64,000 nt of DNA. Source: Geosiphon pyriformis uo1. Taxonomy: Eukaryota > Fungi > Glomeromycota. Each line of letters begins with the position of its first letter. Within the stretch, counting starts at the first letter, position 1. Below are positions 53,231-64,000 of this stretch, in pieces. The notes beneath the pieces were generated by a model. It was not told the DNA's origin, made no database searches, and worked only from the letters and a program-made list of their open reading frames with translations. Both the position numbers and the translations under genes were made by a program. The stretch spans positions 240,248-304,247 of the forward strand of contig JAAOMT010000211.1 in NCBI GenBank assembly GCA_016748015.1, written 5' to 3'.

Positions 53231-56040
53231 TTAATTTGAATAACTAATAAGACAATCCAGAGCTGAAAAAAAGCGTTTAAGTTAAAAAAAAGTTATTTAG
53301 ATATTGAATAATAATCAATAAAAAGCTTACCATTTGTAGAGAATGTAGGTTTCGAGATTATTTTACTTGTATATCTTGTCGTATCATGGATAACATCTTG
53401 TGTCTCCTGGGAATTAAGTCTTTTTTCACGGATAAGTTCGTTTAAGTTGTAATTGTCGCGAGCAGCAATAACTCTTTGTTGAAATTTTTCTGCAGTGTCA
53501 CGGTAATATGGATTTTGATCCCAATTTTTTTCAATCATTTCCTGAATACATTGAGGTGTGCACTTTTCGATTTTAGGACGCTCTCTCTGAATTATATCTA
53601 ATTGAATATACATACGATTTTTAACATCATTCCATGGTCTTTCTGCTGAAATCATTTCCCAGGAAATGATAGCACAACTATAAATATCGCTGCATTTGGT
53701 ATGAGGTGACAGGTTACAAACTTCGGGCGCTGAGTATTCAACAACACCAAAGATGTCTTTAGACTGTGGAGAGTAATTGGCAGGACGACAGAATCCTAGA
53801 TCAGCAATGACCACTTTTAAAGGATTTGATTTCAAAACAAGGATATTCCCAGGATGCAAGTCTTCATGCACGAATTTTGAGTCATGTATAAACCTTAGGC
53901 CACCAGCGATTTGAAAAAGAATACGAAGAAAATGTCCCAAGTAAGAGTGTCTTCCTTCAGCTTGAGAAAGGCTCTAAGGTCTCCATGTTCTGCAAATGGT
54001 AAAACCATAACAAATTCATTGGTTGTAATGTCTTTTGTGATTCCATAGCATTCAAGAATATATTTACAAGAGGCACAGGTAAGATGAGCAACAAACTATT
54101 TCAATGCGTTTTCTAGTGTTAGAAAAAGAAAAGAAATGGGAATAATAAAAATCTGAAAATTTTGTTAAACGAATTACCTCAATAGAATTGACATATTCTA
54201 TGTTTTGGCTATTTTTAAGATATTTCAAAGCAACTCTCGTAATCCCACTTCGTTCATACTTTTGATTTTTCTTGTACCAAAAAAGAATTTTTCCTCTCTT
54301 CCATCTACCTTCTTTAACAATACCAAATCCTCCCTCTTCTACCTTATTCAAATGTAGGATCTCGTCGGGAGAAATCCATTCCAGACAGCCTCTGCAGTTT
54401 TGAGAGTTACGCTATGTATACAATATATACTGATTAATATTATTATTTCCACTCTGCCATGTTTCCCTAGCCTTTAAAAATCGTGATGATTCACAAGAAT
54501 TACACCAAAGTGGATCTTTTAATGCACTATAGCATTCCGGACATTTCGGCAAGGCGGCGTTAAAAGTAATTTTATCACTTTTGTTATTATCACAAAATGG
54601 ACATATAGCAGATTCATTAATGATTATACCCAAGTTGCCACATTTAAGACACTTGAATTCATCTGAAAGCTGGTCAAAGAAAGCTTCAAAATCTAGAAAT
54701 TCTCCTTTCAAATTATCGGAGTATTTAAAGCCTCGATTTTGATTCTTTGAAGTAAGGTCATGAACATCCAAATCAGGAAAATCATACCAGTTATTTACTT
54801 CTGCTACTTTTAAATAGAGTCCAACTGCTTTTGCTAGGTTTATTGTGGTTCCACATCCATTTTGATAGCACCATCCAAGGTTATATTGTGCATTTTAATT
54901 TCCCGCCACTGCTGTTTTTTAATAAATTCAAATGTTCCTTTTCGATTTTTCTTTGTTCCCCATCTATTTCGATAATGCATTCCGATACTGGTTTGTGGAC
55001 TCAGATTTCCCACTTTTTCCAGATCTTTTGTTATTTCTTGTCTATTTCAATAATATGTTCTAAGGTTAACCTGTGCAATCAAACTTCCCGCCTTTGCTGC
55101 TTTTAAATAAAATTCAAATGCTTTTTCTTCATTTATCGTTGTTCCCAATCCATTTTCATAACAAAATGCAAGATTGTATTTGTGCATATAAATCTCCCGC
55201 CTCTGCTGCTTTTGAATAAAATTCAAATGCTTTTTCTTCATTTTTCGTTGTTCCCCATCCATTACTATAACAAACTGCAAGATTGAATTGTGCATTTGAA
55301 TCTCCCGCCTCTGCTGCTTTTAAATAAAATTCAAATGCTTTTTCTTCATTTTTTTTTATTCCCCTTCCATATAAATAACCACCTCCAAGATTGCATTGTG
55401 CGTTTGTATTACCCGCCTCTGCTGCTTTTGAATAGCGTTCAAATGCTTTTTCCATATTTTTCGTTGTTCCCAATCCATTAGCATAGCAAAGTGCAAGACC
55501 GTATTGCGCATTTATATTACCTGCCTCTGCTGCTTTTGAATAAAGTTCAAATGCTTTTTCGTCATTTTTCGTTATTCCCCATCCATTATCATAACAAAGT
55601 GCAAGATTTGATTGTGCATTTATAACCCGCTCTGTTGCTTTTGAATAGAGTTCAAATGCTTTTCCTCGATCTTGTGAAGTACCAATTCCATAATTATAAC
55701 AATAACCTAAGAAAAATTGTCCAAAGGAATCTTCTGCATTCGCTGCTTTCTGAAATTCTAAAAAAGCTCTTCTTAAATTAGGAATTGTTCCAATCCCATG
55801 TTCTAAAGAAAAGCCGAGCAAAATATAATCTATCGGACGCTTTGAACTTCTATTATTCAAGCAGTTGAATAAATCTTCAGGTTTTTTCTCATTGCGGTTA
55901 AGATAATTTTTCACCAAGTCAGCAACTTTTGAATATTCACTGGCTGGAAAAATGGCCAAATTTTCTTTAATGACAATCAATGCTCCTTCAAGCCATTCGA
56001 CGGTTGAAGTTGCGTTTTCAATTGATAAAGTAGAAGACAT
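53231..56040 (-). pseudogene. Sel1-repeat plus Cys-rich linker plus TKL-like kinase gene, disrupted
   Basis: About 8 Sel1 repeats (KAFELYSKAAEAGNINAQ). CxxC pairs. Kinase EGGFGIVKEG, VALKYL, CYGITKD, HEDLHPGNIL, ADLGF, APEV, SDIYS. Frameshifts at about 55180, 54900 and 53935; in-frame stops at about 55047 and 54412. Confidence 0.85.
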
Positions 56041-58884
56041 GATTTTCAAGCAACACAAATAAATTAACAAGCTTCCAATATTTTGGATGTATAAAGAAGG
56101 ATTCTAAAAAGCTCGTCTTGTTAATAAGTAAGGATTTTAACCTCGCTGGTTTCAATAGCTCATTGATAAATTTCCTAAATGCATAAATTTTATCTTGGAT
56201 TTCAGCGAGTCGATAAAACCGATTTAATTAAAATAGTTATTTCGAAACTATTTCATGAATTTTGTTTAAAAAAATGCTAAACCTCGAAAACTTTAAAATT
56301 TTCAAAATAGTTATCTGTGTTTTTCGGCAAAAATTTTTTTTTATTTATGTTATTATTATTCTAATTTTTAGTTAATCTATTTTTATTTCTTAATTATATA
56401 CAATTAAAATATTTTTAATTTAAATTATTGTGATATTCTTAAATTAAATAATCATAAAAAAAAAATTCTCTCAGAAAAACTGACTTCCCTACTAATAATT
56501 TAGAAATTTCTTTGTCTAACTTGCAAAGATTATTATCCATTATCAAAAGAATTTTTTCCAAGACGCAGATTCAAAGGTAACCAGGGAAATCTGTTCCGGA
56601 TTCTGAAGACAAAACGGTAGCCCCATTGTTTCCTCAATGTGTCAACTTACAAACTAATCCTTTTAGCGTAAAATCTTTGATACAATGTCAGAAATCTGGA
56701 AACCAGATCATTAACATGTGGGTAATGATAATACAATAAATAGTTCATTATACTCTACGTTGTTCGACCAGTTTGTATAAACGCGATGGGGATAATCTAA
56801 TTATTAAGATCTCATTGCATCATGAAAAAATCAGCTTGGATGTAATACAGCTAGTAATTTATGATAAAAAGTTTAATTATAATCCCGTAATTAGTAAGAT
56901 TCCTTTTCGAAGAAAATTACTCTTTTCCATGATTCGATTTCAAAGAGAATCTTTTCGAGAGAAAATTTTTTAGAGACGCGTTTAAGGAATAAATTCAAAG
57001 GCTCAATGAAAAACTAATCCTTTCGCGGAGATATAATTCTGGATTTTGTAAGTCAAATCTGTCTTGTTGCACGTTAGAAAACAAAGGGAACTTTTAAAAA
57101 AAGGATGAATTTTGATTTTATTGATAACTCTGATTGATTGATCTAAAATATCAAAGAGATTAGAAGAGATCCAGAAACAAATATATATATTTGTTTCTTT
57201 TGATTAAATGGCTTTATGGTATCCTTTTAATGTCATGAATCTTTCGGTGGGTAATTGATTTAAATCGAGAGATCCCAAGGGTCATCTTTACCACCTTCTA
57301 GTTTATATATATCTCTCTCCCTATTTAATCTCTTAATGCGATATCCAGTAATTATTTTCATAATAATACCAAAAAAAAATCAATGAAAAATGATTACTTC
57401 TACCATTCCCCTTCCATTTAAACACCTCGGCTTCATCGCTCTTTTAACGATACTTTTTTCTCTCACCAATCACTTTCCCCAGATACCCTTTAGCGTTAAA
57501 TTTCAAGATGAGACCCAGCTGCTGCCAGTATTAATGGCACTTTTTTTTTAAACGTCGCCTGAACAAAGATAATCGTATTGGTAATGGTGGAATTACGTTG
57601 AACAATCAACGGGCAACGTCTTCAGAACTTCATCAACAGACAAAAGTTGAAAGTGAAGATTGGTGGGAAGTTCAACGATATTATGAATATCAAACCACGG
57701 ATTCTCTTTGATTTCTTCTTCGTACAAGTAGAAGAAGCCCAGGTGATTCATAAGCAACATGCACAGATGGATGATATTCAACGAGCCGAAAATTCTCAAG
57801 TACAGCAAGCGTTACAAGAATTCCTAAATACTCGGTTAGGATTCCAGAAAGGAGCGATAAATGCTAGCTGTTGAAGAGGTCCAACAACACCAACGCGAAG
57901 ATTTAATGGAGGTTAAACAATGGCAAAAAATTCACGTTGTTTAGGTAAACTTTTACGGACTGTTAAAGAATGAATACGAGGAAGAAAGATTGGTCCAGTA
58001 TGAGTATTCTTTATCGATTGACGCATTCAATGAGAATCAAAACGCGAATAATTTGGTGCTTGGTTATCAAAAACGGTCAAAAATTAGGTAGCCTTGGTTT
58101 GAAACCTTGAGACAGGGGGATTATATATGTCCCAGGGTAGAATATGTATTTTTTAAAGTGTAATTTTTAGATCTTTTCTTACCCATAATTCACTTAATGT
58201 TTCTTTTTGAATTTCAATAATTGAAAAAATAAATTCAAAACTTGAGTTTCACAGTAAAACAATTTTTTTCTCCTTTCTAGCACTTAACTCGAGCATTTAA
58301 AAATCTTGAAAAAAGGAGACCGGTTTAATTGGAAATTCCAAGTGACATTCTAAATAATTAATTGAAAATAGTATTATTGTTATCGATAACTGAGTAGTTA
58401 ATTATTAAAGAAACCACGGATGTTGAATTGTAGACGGTGATTAGCCGCATTTTGTAAATTTAGATTATTGCATTTGGTTGCTAAACTTTATAAAAAAAAT
58501 TTGATAATAGACAATAATTTTGTTTTAATTAATATTCATAATATAATAATTCCTAAATCTAAGAATTCTGTTTGTAAGATGAATTTTATATATGATTAAT
58601 GAATTTTTATTTTTACAGTAAGTTTGTAATTTATTTTTAATAAATTTAGTAAAATATCTAAAATTATTGATATGTTATTATTGTTTTAATACATAATATA
58701 ATCTTAATTAGCTCAAATTATTATAGTTAAAATATAAGTTATATTTATTTTAAAATATTTTATTTGTTGGATTATAATAATAATTTTAATTATACTTGTT
58801 AAATAAAAATAAAAATATAGTTTTAATTTAATTATAAACAATGATGTTTTTTTAATTTAAATAATAATAATAATAATAATAATA

Positions 58885-58986
58885 TTAGCCACATGTAGTA
58901 AGTGCGTAAGCCGCGTTTAGTTTGAGCCACTTAGTCTTGGTTCTATGTACTAGATAGCGGTTGGGCTTCACTCATTAAAACAAAAA
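58885..58986 (+). mobile_element. About 100-bp LINE-type 3' end
   Basis: agccacatgtagtaagtgcgtaagccgcg resembles agtcacatgtagaaaacgcgtgagtcgcg in the 29.8 kb LINE 3' UTR. Ends cactcattaaaacaaaaa, as at about 31405. Confidence 0.6.
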
Positions 58987-59832
58987 TAATAATATATTTA
59001 TTAAAATAAACATAAATTAATATTTAATTTAATTTGTTTAATATAATTATTTTTAATTAATTATTATTATTATAAAAACCAAAAAAGTTATTTTTTAATA
59101 TATATATTTTTATTTAAAATTAATAAAAAATATTATTTATTTTAAAAATTTATTTTGATATTATAAAAATTAAAAACTACTTTTTTTTAATATTATTATA
59201 CTTATTATTTAATTTTTAATTTTTAATTAAAAGATTATTATTAATTATTAAAACTAGTATATTAAAAATAAAAATAATATTTAATATTAAAATTTAAATT
59301 ATTTTGTTTTTGTTTATAAAACTGTTTTTTGGTTTTTATTAAAGTATTTAATTAAAAATATTGTTTTAAACTAATTAATTAGATTTATTTTATGTATTTA
59401 AAATTGCTAAAATTAACTTATTATGTTATTATCAATTATTAATAAACTTAATATAAAATAAAAATTAAATTTTAAAGTTTGGTTTAATAGTAATTAATTA
59501 ACAAAAAAACTGTTACAGTTTTAAATTATATTTATAAAAAATAATTTTATTATAATTAATATTAATTACAAATATTAATTTAATTGTAATCATTTTTATT
59601 TTCAAAATGATCACAATTTAAATTTAATAATAAATTTTAAAAATCATGTATTTTAAATTTATATTATTTTACATGTTAAAAAAACCAAAACCAATTATTG
59701 TGAAAAAACAAAAAATAACAAACTTAAGGAATAACAAAAACTATTTATTATACTATTCTTAATAAAAATCAAGTCTATTTTTGATAAAATAGTATATTCC
59801 TACATTATTATTACCAACAGTATAAATCTCTT

Positions 59833-61328
59833 CTAAACACGGTTACGTGATAAGATCAATCCCAACAAGATTACAATGTATTGATAAAGTGCTTCTTTAG
59901 ACATGAACAAAAATGCTGAAGTCATTACTGATTGTAGCAACTTGGAGTTGATACCCTTATAAAGACCTCCAATCCCTTCATTTCGGATTATTTTCCGTAA
60001 TCCATCTATTGTTGAATTGTAACGGGCATTTGGGTCAGATGATTGACGAAGTTGCATCCGGGATTTTACAACTCTTATAAAAAATAAAACATAATATTTT
60101 AATTTTATAGTTTTATAGTTTTTTAACATAAAAAAGTGGTTGTTGAAGTCTTACATGTAGGGATATGTAGATCCAGTGGCCGCAATTTTACTAATCGCGC
60201 CTAGCATAAAGAAATCAAGTTTCCCCAACTTCCGCGTTTTTCTTAGCCGAGATTTTAGTTGTTCAAACAAAGTGTATTGGATGATCGGATTAGCCACCAA
60301 TATTAAAGCAGGCATGACCCCAGCCCAGAAAGCTCTCACTCCATCTTGTTTTATGATTTTTAAAATAGTATCAAGAGTGCTAGGGGCTTTTTGTGGTCGA
60401 CGAATATGTTCTGAGGTTTCACCTGAGCTAAAATTGGATTTATCATCGTCATCATCATTGTCATCAAGAGATTGTTTACGTGTAGTCATTCGAGTCTATG
60501 ACGATTTTCCAGGTTAAACATTATATTTAATGGACGGGTAAATAAAAATTTTATATTCCACTTACATTAACTACCCAAATAGGATTCGTAATTATAACAG
60601 TAGCAGATCCAGCAAGTGCACTCGCAATAATATATTCAATGGTACTAATGTAACGCTCAGAAGGAACCATTTTCTCGAAAAATGATTTGGTCAATTCGTA
60701 AAAGTAATAATAGACACCTGTCAGATTTTAATAAAACGAATACAAAATTATAGATAAGCGACAATGTATGTAACGCGGGACAAAAAATTCCAATTGATCA
60801 ACATGAGAATACTAGCCATTTGTCAAACCCATCCCAAATATAGCTGAACTCAATCCACTATTGATTTAGTTGTTCGATCCGATCAAGGGAGTGCAAATTC
60901 AGTGAGAAATATGAGAGCAAGAAGCATAAAGCAAAATCAAAAAAAGAAGCTTTACGCGTAAAGACCAGGGATGCCTTCATTTAAGAAGATCTTTAGGATT
61001 GCATCCCTTGCGCCCTTTTAATAAAAAAAATGAGACCAAAAAGCCAAAATCTCGAATAGATTATTAAATGATACAATAGTTGAAGACCTTGTAAGCTTTT
61101 GCATTCTGAGAGTCTTTCTGCACTTGTAAGCGAGAACTCACTGTGATCAAGGGGTAGGTAAGAATCATACTAATGATTCCCCCGCCCGCACCTGAAAATT
61201 TGTGCAAAGAATGAAAGAGAAAAATTATCAAGATCAATACATCTTGACGTTGACGGGTTCGTCAAGTTCACTAAGGCTACGTTTATTAATTGCATACCGC
61301 TGAGAGCGTGAGCAAGATTATCAGACAT
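59833..61328 (-). CDS. Peroxisomal SLC25 carrier (SLC25A17/PMP34/PMP47-like); 7 exons
   Basis: MSDNLAHALSGAGGGIISMILTYPL, NGVYYYFYE, ITNPIWVVNTRM, LILVANPIIQYTLFEQLK, TYPYIVVKSRMQ, GLYKGINSKLLQSV. Confidence 0.9.
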
Positions 61329-61830
61329 TCAGAGAGAGCTCTTTTTTCAGTCAAATAAAAAACCAAAGAACTTTAGATTCTGAAAGCAATAGTACTTTGA
61401 AAACCCCATTGAGACTTCCTTTAACACGTGTAAACGCGCATAGACCATCATTCTCGAGAAATCCAACCAATATATGACGTATTTTAAAACCCGTGACTAC
61501 TTCTAATTTACCGAAATATTTTTATGTCTTGTTGATTATATTTATTTGAGTTTAATTAAAAATATTCAAGTTCGAATTAGTTTTAATTTCCAACCCGATA
61601 TTTTTAACCTCTCAACTCTATAGAATTCAGGACCTCACTTCCTTTTGAACCCATTCTGCAATTATTCATACCTACATAATACTCTTATTATTCAGCCATT
61701 GCTTGATTATACCCACTTGATTCTAATGATTACCTGCTGTTTTGATAAGAGAAGGTGGGAGTAAAGAAGTATACAGCAATCAAGGAAACTACGTCTGAAC
61801 ACACCCACCCAGAATTACTTTTCATTCAGC

Positions 61831-63108
61831 TTATTTTTTAGTCCCTTTTCGAAAAGACTTGTATTCAGCTTCTTGTCGCTCATACGTACGTTGCAAGAAT
61901 TCTTGTTTGTCCACAAAGCTAGCAATGAAAATGAGAACGAAATTTAATAAGGAATATAAAAAAATCCAAGGTAAAATAAACTTCCAATTCACAAACCCGC
62001 TCTTATTATGATATTTCAGTTCATCCACGATTCCCTCCTTCTCAACATATTTATTCCAATCCATTTTCGATTTATCTAATGTGTTGATTTTTGTAGGCTT
62101 TTTGTTAAGAGATGACGCTAGTCGACTCAAATTTGATTTCAGTCTTGGAGCTTTACTACGTTCCGCAATAACAGAAGCTGACCTATTTGATTTGGCGGAT
62201 AACGATTTGGATCGGGAGGAAGAAGAGTGAGCTAGAGTATTAGATGTGTCGCTCGGCGAATTACTATTAGCAATACTATTTATAGAAGGATTTTCGTCTT
62301 TAAGAGGGCTAAACAATTGGATATTGTCAGATTTTGAATTCTCTCGAGTGGCTAGGAATTTCGTTGCAGCATCAGAATCTTCAAGAACATCCTTAGTTTC
62401 TCTATAAATTATAAACCATATTAAATAGTATCAATAAAGTCTTCCAGAAAGAAGAAGAATGGTTCGAATAATTACATTATCGTTTCCCCGGCGAACTCGT
62501 ATTTTTCAGTTATTGTTAGCATCTTTTGAGTTGATGTGCGATGAATTGGTGAGACCTAGTTAAAAAATGTTTTAAATTATAACAGAAAGCAAAAATTTTT
62601 GATCTGGAAGCAATCAAACAATTAAATACCCAACCTCTTTGTTTAAAGCAGCCTCAGGTTGTGACGATTCTTCATTAAATTCAACCCATAATGCATCAAT
62701 TTTATTTTTTCTTTCAGCAGGAGATTCCATGAGGTTGTCGACAGCTTCTAAAACCCTAAATTAATGGAAACATTAGGTTTGATTTCTAGCCTATACAATC
62801 TAATCAGCAATAAGACGTCGGTTCTATGACCTGAGTTTGTTGGAATTCTGTTCAGAGTTCAACCGCATGCTTTTACGTTTTCGGCCTCCTCTAATCTCTG
62901 TGTCCTCTTTAGCCTTATCTCGATCCTCTTCAAAATATTCATCCTCACTAACACTTCCTTCGTCTAAGACATTAGTGAAGGTTGGAAGCTATGATCAAAA
63001 ATTTGAAAATTGAATTTACCAAAAAAAGCATTAACCTAGTGGGCTAAAATCAGGGTCATCAGAATCAGTTTCAGAAACTCTATTTCTTTCGTCTTGGTGT
63101 GCATCCAT
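61831..63108 (-). CDS. SWC5: SWR1-complex protein 5 / BCNT (CFDP1) homolog; 6 exons
   Basis: Acidic start SETDSDDPDF, IDALWVEF, YEFAGETIIETKDV, and the BCNT-C domain KINTLDKSKMDWNKYVEKEGIVDELKYHNKSGFVDKQEFLQRT. Confidence 0.9.
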
Positions 63109-63644
63109 CGCCGAAGCAGACTTTATAATGAAAGGTTTGTGCAAAAACCAAATTTTTTATAATAGAAACAAAAATACAAATTTAAGTTTTTATTTAACAA
63201 TAAATTTTATTCATTATTTTTATGTTTTTTAATTTTTATTGGCTAAAACATTCTTTAAATACTTAATTTAATAAATTTTTCTCAATTTTAACAATTGTCT
63301 TGGAATTTTTCTTTTTTCAATACCCATTTTCATAAACGGCGAATGTCGATGAATATCAACTTTCGGGTTACACTAGCTGAAAAATTACAAGAAATATTAA
63401 TGAATGTAATATTTCTCAACTTTTAGTAATGGTTAGGATCGCATGAGAAAGTATCCTCTTATTTAATAACACAATGATTATAATAATTCGAATTCAAAGC
63501 ATTCTCGAATAACTCGAATTAATGATACTAAACAGTCGAAAAATACAAAATAAAAATACACAACTTTTCATATGGTCGAATAACACCATTGTCCAATATA
63601 TGTAAGGTCCAACTTCAGTTATGATATTAGCGCAACCGAATAAT

Positions 63645-63692
63645 AAAATATGTTCAGATGATGAATAAAATATGTTCAGATGATGAATAAAA
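63645..63692. repeat. 22-bp tandem duplication in a 3' UTR
   Basis: aaaatatgttcagatgatgaat occurs twice. Confidence 0.8.
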
Positions 63693-63742
63693 ATATAACC
63701 CAAAAGTTCTTCTCACCCGACCTGTCCAAACTATTGCGACAG

Positions 63743-64000
63743 TCAAGTTCGTGTTTTTTCATCGGTATTAACTAGCATATTATCCGTTCCTTCTTGAGCT
63801 TGTTCCCTTGCCAAAGTTTCTGAGGCTGAAACCTCAATCCCCGCCACTCCCACTCCCACTCCCATAACATCAGAAAAACTCATATTTAAACCTGCAACCC
63901 CAATCCTGTCCATACCTACTTTATGCCCTTCTATAACACTATCTTTAGATACAGAACTTGGGCTGTGAACTCTCCCTAAAGCACCACTACTATTATTACT
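63743..64000 (-). CDS. C-terminal end of a gene that continues beyond the window
   Basis: Open frame from the window edge: SNNSSGALGRVHSPSSVSKDSVIEGHKVGM...NTDEKTRT*. Coding-like GC content. Confidence 0.6.
   Translation of the reverse strand, partial: SNNSSGALGRVHSPSSVSKDSVIEGHKVGMDRIGVAGLNMSFSDVMGVGVGVAGIEVSASETLAREQAQEGTDNMLVNTDEKTRT

Noticed and set aside
63451-63460. GTATCCTCTT U12-like donor
   Set aside because: Intergenic, with no plus-strand gene context.

Overview
Eukaryotic, intron-rich, very AT-rich fungal DNA, most likely Glomeromycotina. The Gypsy/LINE families and the Sel1-kinase genes resemble Geosiphon pyriformis, but that is inference. Positions 1-17.5 kb are a nested stack of dead retroelements: a LINE with RNase H is cut by a Ty3/Gypsy element, which is itself cut by a second Gypsy, and a solo LTR sits in LINE ORF1. 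All are heavily C-to-T/G-to-A mutated and nearly free of CpG. Positions 18.9-43.5 kb are a gene island: a hypothetical protein, dTDP/UDP-glucose 4,6-dehydratase, RPB3, a C2H2 zinc-finger protein, a better-preserved LINE 3' fragment, HEN1, OST5/TMEM258, RSL1D1/UTP30, RNPC3 (U11/U12-65K), a NIPA-type transporter, a MED30-like protein and an alpha/beta hydrolase. Positions 43.5-59.8 kb are mostly AT desert with Sel1 and Sel1-kinase pseudogenes. The window ends with a peroxisomal carrier (SLC25A17/PMP47-like), SWC5/BCNT and a partial gene. Strongest findings: (1) a minor-spliceosome protein gene close to two genes with U12-type introns; (2) a TGA-CTA stop in the NIPA gene followed in frame by an 83-codon extension with a dileucine sorting motif; (3) a LINE-type 3' tail ending 33 nt before the HEN1 ATG. 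Exon structures were read by eye. No database searches were run.
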